In this document: positions 11,240 through 27,630 of the stretch, piece by piece
Layout: each line of letters opens with the position of its first letter
Numbering within the stretch: the first letter of the stretch is position 1
From: Macrostomum lignano
Taxonomy: Eukaryota
Reading direction: 5' to 3'
NCBI GenBank assembly: GCA_002269645.1
Contig: NIVC01000654.1
Span: forward strand, 127,009-191,008
Length of the DNA stretch: 64,000 nt
Translations under genes and position numbers: made by a program
Notes under the pieces: generated by a model
Seen by the model: the letters and a program-made list of their open reading frames with translations, nothing else
Told to the model about the DNA's origin: nothing
Databases searched by the model: none

Positions 11240-14200
11240 CTAGTGCAATAATCCTTGGTTTATTAATAGCAATAATCCTTGATTAATCAAGTGCAATAAT
11301 CCTTGGTTTATCAAGTGCAATAATCCTTGGTTTATCAAGTGCAGTAATCTTTGGCTTATAAAGTGCAATAATCCTTGGTTTATCAAGTGCAATAATCCTT
11401 TGTTTATCAAGTGCAATAATCCTTGGTTTATCAAGTGCAATAATCCTTGGTTTATTAAGTGCAATAATCCTTGGTTTATTAAGTGCAATAATCCTTGGTT
11501 TATCTAGCGCAGTAATCCTTGGCTTATCAGGTGCAATAATCCTTGGTTTATCAAGTGCAATATTTGTTTATCAAGTGCAATAATCCTTGGTTTATCAAGT
11601 GAAATAATCCTTGGTTTATCAAGTGCAATAATCCTTGGCTTATCAACTGCAATAATCCTTGGTTTATCAAGCGCAGTAATCTTTGGCCTATCAAGTGCAA
11701 TAATCCTTGGTTTATCAAGTGCAGTAATCCTTGGCCTATCAAGTGCAATAATCCTTGGTTTATCAAGTGCAATAATCCTTGGTTTATCAAGTGTAATAAT
11801 CCTTGGTTTATCAAGTGCAATAATCCTTGGCTTATCAACTGCAATAATCCTTGGTTTATCAAGTGCAATAATCCTTGGTTTATCAAGCGCAGTAATCCTT
11901 GGCCTATCAAGTGCAATAATCCTTGGCTTATCAAGTGCAATAATCCTTGGTTTATCAAGTGCAATAATCCTTGGTTTATCAAGTGCAGTAATCCTTGGCC
12001 TATCAAGTGCAATAATCCTTGGTTTGCCAAGAGCAATAATCCTTAGTTTATCGAGTGCAGTAATCCTTAGTTTTCCAAGTGCAGTAATCCTTGGTTTATT
12101 AAGAGCAATAATCCTTGGCTTATCGAGTGCAGTAATCCTTGGTTTGCCAAGAGCAATAATCCTTGGTTTATCAAGTGCAATAATCCTTGGTTTATCAGAT
12201 GCAATAATCCTTGGCTTATCAACTGCAATAATCCTTGGTTTATCAAGTGCAATAATCCTTGGCTTATCAAGTGCAATAATCCTTGGTTTATCAAGTGCAA
12301 TAATCCTTGGTTTATCAAGCGCAGTAATCTTTGGCCTATCAAGTGCAATAATCCTTTGTTTATCAAGTGCAATAATCCTTGGTTTATCAAGTGCAATAAT
12401 CCTTGGCTTATCAACTGCAATAATCCTTGGTTTATCAAGCGCAGTAATCTTTGGCCTATCAAGTGCAATAATCCTTGGTTTATCAAGTGCAGTAATCCTT
12501 GGCCTATCAAGTGCAATAATCCTTGGTTTATCAAGTGCAATAATCCTTGGTTTATCAAGTGTAATAATCCTTGGTTTATCAAGTGCAATAATCCTTGGCT
12601 TATCAACTGCAATAATCCTTGGTTTATCAAGTGCAATAATCCTTGGTTTATCAAGCGCAGTAATCCTTGGCCTATCAAGTGCAATAATCCTTGGCTTATC
12701 AAGTGCAATAATCCTTGGTTTATCAAGTGCAATAATCCTTGGTTTATCAAGTGCAGTAATCCTTGGCCTATCAAGTGCAATAATCCTTGGTTTGCCAAGA
12801 GCAATAATCCTTAGTTTATCGAGTGCAGTAATCCTTAGTTTTCCAAGTGCAGTAATCCTTGGTTTATTAAGAGCAATAATCCTTGGCTTATCGAGTGCAG
12901 TAATCCTTGGTTTGCCAAGAGCAATAATCCTTGGTTTATCAAGTGCAATAATCCTTGGTTTATCAAGTGCAATAATCCTTGGTTTATCAGATGCAATAAT
13001 CCTTGGCTTATCAACTGCAATAATCCTTGGTTTATCAAGTGCAATAATCCTTGGCTTATCAAGTGCAATAATCCTTGGTTTATCAAGTGCAATAATCCTT
13101 GGTTTATCAAGCGCAGTAATTTTTGGCCTATCAAGTGCAATAATCCTTGGTTTATCAAGTGCAGTAATCCTTGGCCTATCAAGTGCAATAATCCTTGGTT
13201 TATCAAGTGCAATAGTCTTTGGTTTATCGAGTGCAGTAATCCTTAGTTTTCCAAGTGCAGTAATCCTTGGTTTATTAAGAGCAATAATCCTTGGTTTATC
13301 AAGTGCAATAATCCTTGGTTTATCAAGTGCAATAATCCTTGGTTTATCAACTGCAATAATCCTTGGTTTATCAAGTGCAATAATCCTTGGCTTATCAAGT
13401 GCAATAATCCTTGGTTTATCAAGTGCAATAATCCTTGGTTTATCAAGCGCAGTAATTTTTGGCCTATCAAGTGCAATAATCCTTGGTTTATCAAGTGCAG
13501 TAATCCTTGGCCTATCAAGTGCAATAATCCTTGGTTTATCAAGTGCAATAGTCTTTGGTTTATCGAGTGCAGTAATCCTTAGTTTTCCAAGTGCAGTAAT
13601 CCTTGGTTTATTAATATCAATAATCCTTGAATAATCCAGTGCATTAATCCTTGGCTTATCAAGTGCAACATTCTTTACTATCAAGTGCAATAATCCATGG
13701 CTTATCAAGTGCAATAATCCTTGGCTTATCAAGTGCAATAATCCTTGGTTTATCAAGTGCAATAATCCTTTGTTTATCAAGTGCAATAATCCTTTGTTTA
13801 TCAAGTGCAATAATCCTTTGTTTATCAAGTGCAATAATCCTTGGTTTATCAAGCGCAGTAATCCTTGGCTTATCAAGTACAATAATCCTTGGTTTATCAA
13901 GTGCAATAATCCTTGGTTTATCAAGCGCAGTAATCTTTGGCCTATCAAGTGCAATAATCCTTGGTTTATCAAGTGCAGTAATCCTTGGCCTATCAAGTGC
14001 AATATTCCTTGGTTTATCAAGTGCAATAGTCCTTGGTTTATCGAGTGCAGTAATCCTTGGTTTTCCAAGTGCAATAATCCTTGGCTTCTTGAGTGCAGTA
14101 ATCCTTGGTTTGCCAAGAGCAATAGTCCTTGGTTTATCGAGTGCAGTAATCCTTGGTTTTCCAAGTGCAGTAATCCTTGGTTTATTAATAGCAATAATCC

Positions 14201-14536
14201 TTGGCTTCTTGAGTGCAGTAATCCTTGGTTTGCCAAGAGCAATAGTCCTTGGTTTATCGAGTGCAGTAATCCTTGGTTTTCCAAGTGCAATAATCCTTGG
14301 CTTCCTGAGTGCAGTAATCCTTGGTTTGCCAAGAGCAATAGTCCTTGGTTTATCGAGTGCAGTAATCCTTGGTTTTCCAAGTGCAGTAATCCTTGGTTTA
14401 TTAATAGCAATAATCCTTGGCTTCTTGAGTGCAGTAATCCTTGGTTTGCCAAGAGCAATAGTCCTTGGTTTATCGAGTGCAGTAGTCCTTGGTTTATTAA
14501 TAGCAATAATCCTTGGCTTATCGAGTGCAGTAATCT
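11240..14536. repeat. 24-bp satellite (AAGTGCAATAATCCTTGGTTTATC), ~137 copies with higher-order structure
   Basis: The unit has 4 of 6 frames stop-free, explaining all ORFs from 11240 to 14552. Variant strings recur at 768-, 336- and ~120-bp periods. Confidence 0.97.
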
Positions 14537-14602
14537 AAGTGTTTTTATTTAGTCCTTTAATAAAACCTTTTAATAAAAAAATTTACACTACTACTTTTAA
14601 AC

Positions 14603-14668
14603 TACTTAGATTCGAACCTAGGTCGCTGCATTAGCAGTCTGGTCTGTTCAGCTCTAGGCTAGCTCTCA
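14603..14668 (-). pseudogene. tRNA-derived remnant or SINE head
   Basis: The minus strand has A-box-like TAGCCTAGAG (14661-14652) and B-box GGTTCGAATC (14618-14609) at tRNA-like spacing. There is no convincing cloverleaf. Confidence 0.35.
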
Positions 14669-16811
14669 TCGAAGTTATCAGTGATGTTGTACCACTTATA
14701 TAATTCAACACTCACACCAAGTCAGGTAGAGTAAAAAGTCTCACGAAGCAGTTATGACATAATCAATTTCTTAGGCAAGTCAGTACCAGTGTCTATGAAA
14801 GTTTACAATATGGTTACGTAATATAAATTCAGTACTGCGCTATGCTTTCACACTCAAAGCTGTGACGCAATTCAATTGAGTGTCAAATTCAGCCAGTACA
14901 CAGACGATAAATAAAGTGTATTGTGATGCAATCTATTTCAGAATCAGAATTCAACCAGTCAGTTTTTCTGCTAGCATTCTTACGATGCATTTCAAGTCGA
15001 AAGAGCTGCTTGACCTTTGCAAAAAAGCATGTTTTTCGAATATTTAATCCCTTTAGCATCAAGCAATTTCTTAGCCACGATGCATGTACTGTCACGGGAA
15101 AATTTCTGATCGAACAGTGCAAGTTCGAAGAAAATCGGTTGAGCCGTTTTTGCTAAAATCGATCACACACACACACATACACACACACACATACCGACAG
15201 ACGGGGCGCAAAAATGACGCCAAGTGGTTTTTATTTTGGCCAATGAGTAAAAACCTTACTTATTATTCAAAATCCAATCAAAACTTACTTTTTCAAATTT
15301 TTGGCAAAAATAAATTGCCATGAATCAAAATCTTCACCAGCCAAAGTTTCCTTCATCAGCCCAAAACCCTTTCTCATTCAGCAAATAGTACTTATCCTTT
15401 CAAGCACAAACTCTTAGGGCATATCGTCATTGGCCTGGGCATATTCTGGTCCGCAGCAGGAGCTCAATATGCCATAAGCCTTGATGACATCTCAATAATT
15501 TCCCCAGTAAGCCTTGACATCTCAGCAATTCCTCTCAGTAAGCCTTGACCTCTCAGCAATTCCTCTCAGTAAGCCTTGACAATTCAGCAATTCCCCCAGT
15601 AAACCTTGACAATTCAGCAATTCCCCCAGTAAGCCTTGACATCTCAGCAATTCCCCCCAGTAAGCCTTGAAATCTCAGTAACTCCCCAGTAAGTCTCGAA
15701 TCTCAGTTATTCTTCCAGTAAGTCTTGAAGTCTAAGCAATTTCCCCAGTAAGCCTTGACATCTCAGCAATTCATCCAAGAAAGCCTTGAAATCTCAGCAA
15801 TTCCCCCAGTAAGCCTTGAAGTCTCAGTAATTCCCCAGTAAGTCTCGAATCTCAGTAAATCCTCCAGTAAGTCTTGACTTCTCACAATTCCCCCATACGG
15901 CCTTGACAACTCAGCAATTCCCCCAGTAAACCTTGAAGTCTCAGAAATTTCCCCAGTAAGCCTCGACATCGCAGCAATTACCCCATTAAGCCTTGACATC
16001 TCAGAAATCCCCCCAGTAAACCTTGACATTGCAGCAATTAAACTCGAGCCTTGGCATCTACGCAATTCTCCCAGTCCAGTAAGCCTCGAGATTGCAGCAA
16101 TTCCCCCAGTAAGCCTTGACAACTCAGCAATTCATCCAAGAAAGCCTTGAAGTCTCAGCAATTTCCTGAGTAAGCCTTGAAATCTCAGAAATTCCCCCAG
16201 TAAGCCTTGAAGTCTCAGCAATTCCCCCAGTAAGCCTTGACAACTCAGCAATTCCCCCCAGTAAGCCTTGAAATCTCAGTAATTCCCCAGTAAGTCTCGA
16301 ATCTCAGTAATTCCTACAGTAAGTCTTGACTTCTCACAATTCCCCCAGTAGGCCTTGACAACTCAGCAATTCCCCCAAGTAAGCCTTCACATCTCAGCAA
16401 TTCCCCCAGTAAGCCTTGACAACTCAGCAATTCCCCCAATAAACCTTGAAATCTCAGAAATTCCCCCAGTAAGCCTTGAAGTCTCAGCAATTCCCCCAGT
16501 AAGCCTTGAAATCTCAGAAATTCCCCCAGTAAGCCTTGAAGTCTCAGCAATTCTCCCAGTAGGCCTTGACAACTCAGCAATTCCCCCAGTAGGCCTTGAC
16601 AACTCAGCAATTCCCCCAGTAGGCCTTGACAACTCAGCAATTCCCCCAGTAGGCCTTGACAACTCAGCAATTCCCCCAAGTAAGCCTTCACATCTCAGCA
16701 ATTCCCCTAGTAAGCCTTGACAACTCAGCAATTCATCCAAGAAAGCCTTGAAATCTCAGCAATTTCCTGAGTAAGCCTTGAAATCTCAGAAATTCCCCCA
16801 GTAAGCCTTGA

Positions 16812-19721
<2,910 letters not shown>

Positions 19722-22700
19722 AGTAAGCCTTGAAGTCTCAGAAATTTCCCCAGTAAGCCTCGACATCGCAGCAATTCCCCCAAGTAAGCCTTCACATCTC
19801 AGTAATTTCCTCAGTAAGCCTTGACATCTCAGTAATTCCCCCAGTAAGCCTTGACATCTCAGCAATTCCTCCCAGTTAGCCTTTGGCTGGTGAAGGTTTT
19901 GATTTATGGCAATTTATTTTTGCCAAAAATGAGAAAAAGTAAGTTTTGATTAATGGATTTTGAATAATAAGTAAGGTTATTACTCATTGGCCAAAATAAA
20001 AACCACTTGGCGTCATTCTTGCGTCCCCAACGGGGGGCTTAAATTGCTAGTAGTTGCTTTTAATCAAAAAATGTTCGATTAGTCCAGGCACAAGCTAAAA
20101 ATAAATGAAAATTAAAAATTTAATATATTTTTATCTCCCACGTGCATACTCTGAAGCTTGCGAATAATTTAATTATTTACAGCTCGCAGCATCAGCTCAA
20201 GAAATTAAAGTTTAGTCTATGGCCATAGACGTATTATTATTTTTCGAGCTCTCACTGCGACAAAAATACACTAATTAGATAGGGAAAATACAGTTTTTTG
20301 AATATTTAAGACCTTTAGAAGTGAAGCAGATAAAAGAAATGTTAACCATACAATCCTTGGTTGAGTTGCAACTTTTTGGTGAAAACGCGATCGAAATTGG
20401 TCAAGAATTGCAATGTGTAGAGCGTTTTACACGGACAGACAGACAGACATAGATTAGAGATTTAGTATATAAGAAAGACTAGCAATTTAAGCCCCCCGTT
20501 GGGGGACGCAAGAATGATGCCAAATGGTTTTTATTTTGGCCTATGCGTAATGACCTTACCCCCAGTAAGCCTTGAAATCTCAGTGATTCCCCCAGTAAGC
20601 CTTGACATCTCAGCAATTCCCCAAATAAGCCTTAACAACTCAGCAATTCTCCCCAAGCCTTGACATCCCAGCAATTCCCCCAAATAAGCCTTGACATCTC
20701 AGCGATACCCCCAGTAAGCCTTGTCATCTCAGCAATTCCCCCAGTTGCCATGAATCAAAACCTTCACCAGCCAAAGTTTCCTTCATCAGCCCAAAAGCCT
20801 TTCTCATTCAGCAAATAGTACTTATCCTTTCAAGCACAAACTCTTAGTGCATATCGTCATTGGCCTGGGCGTATTCTGGTCCGCAGCAGGAGCTCAATAT
20901 GCCATAAGCCTTGATGACATCTCAATAATTTCCCCAGTAAGCCTTGACATCTCAGCAATTCCTCTCAGTAAGCCTTGACCTCTCAGCAATTCCTCTCAGT
21001 AAGCCTTGACAATTCAGCAATTCCCCCCAGTAAACCTTGACAATTCAGCAATTCCCCCAGTAAGCCTTGACATCTCAGCAATTCCCCCAGTAAGCCTTGA
21101 AATCTCAGTAACTCCCCAGTAAGTCTCGAATCTCAGTTATTCTTCCAGTAAGTCTTGAAGTCTAAGCAATTTCCCCAGTAAGCCTTGACATCTCAGCAAT
21201 TCATCCAAGAAAGCCTTGAAATCTCAGCAATTCCCCCAGTAAGCCTTGAAGTCTCAGTAATTCCCCAGTAAGTCTCGAATCTCAGTAAATCCTCCAGTAA
21301 GTCTTGACTTCTCACAATTCCCCCATACGGCCTTGACAACTCAGCAATTCCCCCAGTAAACCTTGAAGTCTCAGAAATTTCCCCAGTAAGCCTCGACATC
21401 GCAGCAATTACCCCATTAAGCCTTGACATCTCAGAAATCCCCCCAGTAAGCCTTGACATTGCAGCAATTAAACTCGAGCCTTGGCATCTACGCAATTCTC
21501 CCAGTCCAGTAAGCCTCGAGATTGCAGCAATTCCCCCAGTAAGCCTTGACAACTCAGCAATTCATCCAAGAAAGCCTTGAAGTCTCAGCAATTTCCTGAG
21601 AAAGCCTTGAAATCTCAGAAATTCCCCCAGTAAGCCTTGAAGTCTCAGCAATTCCCCCAGTAAGCCTTGACAACTCAGCAATTCCCCCCAGTAAGCCTTG
21701 AAATCTCAGTAATTCCCCAGTAAGTCTCGAATCTCAGTAATTCCTACAGTAAGTCTTGACTTCTCACAATTTCCCCAGTAAGCCTCGACATCGCAGCAAT
21801 TCCCCCAAGTAAGCCTTCACATCTCAGCAATTCCCCCAGTAAGCCTTGACAACTCAGCAATTCCCCCAATAAACCTTGAAATCTCAGAAATTCCCCCAGT
21901 AAGCCTTGAAGTCTCAGCAATTCCCCCAGTAAGCCTTGAAATCTCAGAAATTCCCCCAGTAAGCCTTGAAGTCTCAGCAATTCTCCCAGTAGGCCTTGAC
22001 AACTCAGCAATTCCCCCAGTAGGCCTTGACAACTCAGCAATTCCCCCAGTAGGCCTTGACAACTCAGCAATTCCCCCAGTAGGCCTTGACAACTCAGCAA
22101 TTCCCCCAAGTAAGCCTTCACATCTCAGCAATTCCCCTAGTAAGCCTTGACAACTCAGCAATTCATCCAAGAAAGCCTTGAAATCTCAGCAATTTCCTGA
22201 GTAAGCCTTGAAATCTCAGAAATTCCCCCAGTAAGCCTTGAAGTCTCAGAAATTTCCCCAGTAAGCCTCGACATCGCAGCAATTCCCCCAAGTAAGCATT
22301 CACATCTCAGTAATTTCCTCAGTAAGCCTTGACATCTCAGTAATTCCCCCAGTAAGCCTTGACATCTCAGCAATTCCTCCCAGTTAGCCTTTGGCTGGTG
22401 AAGGTTTTGATTTATGGCAATTTATTTTTGCCAAAAATGAGAAAAAGTAAGTTTTGATTAATGGATTTTGAATAATAAGTAAGGTTATTACTCATTGGCC
22501 AAAATAAAAACCACTTGGCGTCATTCTTGCGTCCCCCAACGGGGGGCTTAAATTGCTAGTAGTTGCTTTTAATCAAAAAATGTTCGATTAGTCCAGGCAC
22601 AAGCTAAAAATAAATGAAAATTAAAAATTTAATATATTTTTATCTCCCACGTGCATACTCTGAAGCTTGCGAATAATTTAATTATTTACAGCTCGCAGCA

Positions 22701-25700
22701 TCAGCTCAAGAAATTAAAGTTTAGTCTATGGCCATAGACGTATTATTATTTTTCGAGCTCTCACTGCGACAAAAATACACTAATTAGATAGGGAAAATAC
22801 AGTTTTTTGAATATTTAAGACCTTTAGAAGTGAAGCAGATAAAAGAAATGTTAACCATACAATCCTTGGTTGAGTTGCAACTTTTTGGTGAAAACGCGAT
22901 CGAAATTGGTCAAGAATTGCAATGTGTAGAGCGTTTTACACGGACAGACAGACAGACATAGATTAGAGATTTAGTATATAAGAAAGACTAGCAATTTAAG
23001 CCCCCCGTTGGGGGACGCAAGAATGATGCCAAATGGTTTTTATTTTGGCCTATGCGTAATGACCTTACCCCCAGTAAGCCTTGAAATCTCAGTGATTCCC
23101 CCAGTAAGCCTTGACATCTCAGCAATTCCCCAAATAAGCCTTAACAACTCAGCAATTCTCCCCAAGCCTTGACATCCCAGCAATTCCCCCAAATAAGCCT
23201 TGACATCTCAGCGATACCCCAGTAAGCCTTGTCATCTCAGCAATTCCCCCAGTTGCCATGAATCAAAACCTTCACCAGCCAAAGTTTCCTTCATCAGCCC
23301 AAAAGCCTTTCTCATTCAGCAAATAGTACTTATCCTTTCAAGCACAAACTCTTAGTGCATATCGTCATTGGCCTGGGCGTATTCTGGTCCGCAGCAGGAG
23401 CTCAATATGCCATAAGCCTTGATGACATCTCATCAATTTCCCCAGTAAGCCTTGACATCTCAGAAATTCCCTTAGTAGGCCTTGACATCTCAGCAATTCC
23501 CCCAGTAGGCCTTGACATCTCAGCAATTCCTCCAGTAAGCTTTGACATCTCAGAAATTCCCTTAGTAGACCTTGACATCTCAGCAATTCAACCAGTAGGC
23601 CTTGACATCTCAAAAATTCTTTTAGTAGGACTTGACATCTCAGAAATTCCTTTAGTAAGCCTTGAAATCTCAGAAATTCCCTTAGTAAGCCTTGAAATCT
23701 CAGCAATTCCCCCAGTAAGCCTTGACAACTCAGAAATTCCCCCCCCCAGTGAGCCTTGACATCTCAGCAATTCCCCCCCAGTAATCCTTGACATCTCAGA
23801 TGCTTCACCAGCAGTTTAGCAATGCATCGTCACCAGCAGTTTAGCAATTTGTTCACCAGCAGTTAGCAATGGTTCACCAACAGTTTAGCAATGGCTCACC
23901 AGCACTGTTTTGCACAATCAGGGCCACTAATCGCCATATGCATCGCAATAATCGAAACCATTTGAAATGTATACAACTTGCAGTTTAAATTTGATTTGCA
24001 ATCCTCCTAAATTTTTAATACTTTATTGTATGCGTCAGATTAGCACTGCTCTCTCAGATTACTAATACATGTACCCTCTGCAAATGAACACTTACAGCAG
24101 ATTAGCAATGCCGCTCGAACTGCCGACCTTCTACTAAAAGCCTTATACTATTCAAGAAGTTTAGTAACTTCAGCAGTTTGAAGTTAGCCCTTCCCCCAGA
24201 AATTGGTAGTTATCGCCACAACAATCTGAAAAGCTATCCCTTTTAATCCCGCAAACAAACTGCAGTCAAACTCTTAGCAGCCTGCAGATTAAACAATTAT
24301 CCACTCAGTGGCCTAGAGTTGTCTTCTCAGCAAACTTAGCAGTCCGCAGGAATCAACTCAACAATCCACTCAAAACTCTGTAGATAATTATCCTCTCAAT
24401 AGTTTGCAGCTATACGCTCTTAAGTCTGGAAGATCTATATGATTCATGAACGGTCTCTTTGACAATCTGCAGTTCCCCTCAGAAGTCTACAGTCAATCCA
24501 TTTGCAGTCAGCAAGAGTTTCCTTAATAACTCTCATTTATAACCTCAGCAGTCTGCAGTCATTCTCTCGGCTGGCCCCTCAGTATCCTCAGCAAACTGCA
24601 ATCTCAGTAATTCCCCCAGTTAGCCTTGACATCTCAGAATTCCCCCAGTAAGCCTTGAAATCTCAGAAATTCCACCAATTAGCCTTGAAGTCGCAGCAAT
24701 TCCGACAGTAAGCCTTGACATCTCAGCAATTCCCCAAAGTAAGCCTTGACATCTCAGCGATTCCCCAGTAAGCCTTGTCATCTCAGCAATTCCCCCACTT
24801 ACCATGAATCAAAACCTTCACTTAGCAGTCTGTAGATAGTCTAAACGCAGTCTAAATGAATGATCCCTTCGACAATCTGCAGTTCTCCTCAGCAACCTGC
24901 GGACATTCCATTTGCAGTCTACAACAATTCTCATTCTCAGCAGTCTGCAGTTTTCCTCTTTGCTGGCCCCTCAGTGTTCTCAGGAAGCTGCAATGATCCT
25001 TTCAATAATTGTACGGCTCATTATATAATCAATTTTCGATAGATATTGGCAGTCTCTTGCACATCAATGCAACGAAGATTTTGCATCGTCTGCAATTTAG
25101 CGATTAGTCCAGGCACAAGCTACAAATAAATGAAAATTAATTTAATATATTTTTATCTCCTTCGTGCATACTCTGAAGCTTGCGAATATTTAATTATTTA
25201 TAGCTCGCAGCGTCAGCTCAAGAAATTAAATTTTAGTCTATGGCCAATGAGTAAAAACCTTACTTATTATTCAAAATCCATTAATCAAAACTTACTTTTT
25301 CTCATTTTTGGCAAAAATAAATTGCCATGAATCAAAACCTTCACCAGCCAAAGTTTCCTTCATCAGCCCAAAACCCTTTCTCATTCAGCAAATAGTACTT
25401 ATCCTTTCAAGCACAAACTCTTAGGGCATATCGTCATTGGCCTGGGCGTATTCTGGTCCGCAGCAGGAGCTCAATATGCCATAAGCCTTGATGACATCTC
25501 AATAATTTCCCCAGTAAGCCTTGACATCTCAGCAATTACCCCAGTAAGCCTTGACATCTCAGCAATTCCCCAGTAAGCCCTGACAATTCAGCAATTCCCC
25601 CCAGTAAGCCTTGAAATCTCAGCAATTCCCCCAGTTAGCCTTGAAATCTTAGCAATACCCCCAGTAAGCCTTGACATCTCAGCAATTCCCCCAGTAGGCC

Positions 25701-26964
25701 TTGAAATCTCAGCAATTCCCCCAGTTAGCCTTGAAATCTCAGCAATACCCCAGTAAGCCTTGACATCTCAGCAATTTCCCCAGTAAGCCTTGAAATCTCA
25801 GCAATTCCCCGAGTAAGCCTTGAAATCTCAGCAATACCCCCAGTAAGCCTTGACATCTCAGCAATTCCCCCAGTAAGCCTTGAAATCTCAGCAATTCCCC
25901 GAGTAAGCCTTGAAATCTCAGAAATTCCCCCAGTAAGCCTTGACATTTCAGCAATTCCCCCAGTAAGCCTCGACATCGCAGCAATTACCCCATTAAGCCT
26001 TGACATCTCAGAAATTCCCCCAGTAAGCCTTGACATCGCAGCAATTAAACTCGAGCCTTGGCATCTACGCAATTCTCCCAGTCCAGTAAGCCTCGAGATC
26101 GCAGCAATTCCCCCAGTAAGCCTTGACATCGCACCAATTAAACTCCAGCCTCGACATCTATGCAATTCTCCCAGCGCAGTAATTAGCCTTGACGTCCTAA
26201 CAACCCAACTCCCCTCTCCCAAGAATTCAGCAATCCCCTTATAAGCCTTGATAACTCAGCAATCCCCTTATAAGCCTTGAAAACTCAGCTATTCCCCGAT
26301 GAGCTTAGATATCTTAGCAAGTCTTTAATTGATGGTTGACAGCGGTTAATCTATGATTGAACCAAAACTGACCCTAAGCCTCTAACCCTAGCCCATAAGT
26401 GAGTCTTGGCATGTTAGCAATTTCGACAATGAGCCTTGAGCCTCAGCATTAAAGTAACTTCCTCATAAGCTTTTAAATCTAAATTTCACCGGAAGCCTTG
26501 ACCTGTCAGCAATTCCCCGTAGAGCCAAAGCATTTAAGTAATTCGCCCCAAGAGCATTTAATCTTAGCAATTCCTCGATGGATCATTAATGATTGACACG
26601 ACGATCGCGCTATAATTGAACCCTAAGCCTAACCCTTAACCTGCAGCAGAACTTTAGCAATTCCCCAATAAGCTTTAAAAATTTTAGTAATTTCCCCATG
26701 AGCCTGAAAATTGAGTGACTTTTGATACGTTTTGATATCTTGGCACTTGCATTTCAACAATTTATTTCTGCAATTTCACAAATGAACCTTGAAATCAAAG
26801 CAATTCTCCACAGAATGACAATTATAGCAATTCCCCTTGTGCCTTGAGATCTTATAAATCCTCCCATGAGTATTTATTGATATATCATCATGATATATCA
26901 AATTGATATATCACAGCAATTTGCCATACCAGCATTATGCTCGTAGCAATAGTCTTAGCAGTCT

Positions 26965-27630
26965 GCAGTTTAGCAATGGTTCACCAGCAGTTTAGCAATG
27001 CTTCACCAGAAGTTTAGCAATGCTTCACCAGCAGTTTAGCTATGGTTCACCAGAAGTTTAGCAATGCAGTTTAGCAATATAGTTTAGCAATGCAGTTTAG
27101 CAATGCTTCACCAGCAGTTTAGCAATGCTTCACCAGCAGTTTAGCAATGCAGTTTAGCAATGCTTCACCAGCAGTTTAGCAATGCAGTTTAGCAATGCTT
27201 CACCAGCAGTTTAGCAATGCAGTTTAGCAATGCTTCACCAGCAGTTTAGCAATGCAGTTTAGCAATGCTTCACCAGCAGTTTAGCAATGCAGTTTAGCAA
27301 TGCAGTTTAGCAATGCAGTTTAGCAATGCAGTTTAGCAATGCAGTTTAGCAATATAGTTTAGCAATGCAGTTTAGCAATGCTTCACCAGCAGTTTAGCAA
27401 TGGTTCACCAGAAGTTTAGCAATGCTTCACCAGCAGTTTAGCTATGGTTCACCAGAAGTTTAGCAATGCTTCACCAGCAGTTTAGCTATGGTTCACCAGA
27501 AGTTTAGCAATGCAGTTTAGCAATGCTTCACCAGCAGTTTAGCAATGCAGTTTAGCAATGCAGTTTAGCAATATAGTTTAGCAATGCAGTTTAGCAATGC
27601 TTCACCAGCAGTTTAGCAATGCTTCACCAG
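26965..27630. repeat. mixed 12-bp (GCAGTTTAGCAAT-type) and 22-bp (GCTTCACCAGCAGTTTAGCAAT) minisatellite; second block at ~40655..40995
   Basis: Direct inspection. It lies within a ~0.9 kb module duplicated at 26421 and 40109. Confidence 0.9.

Noticed and set aside
2546-14536. CRISPR-like appearance of 24-30-bp repeats
   Set aside because: The units are contiguous with no unique spacers, there are no cas genes, and the context is eukaryotic.
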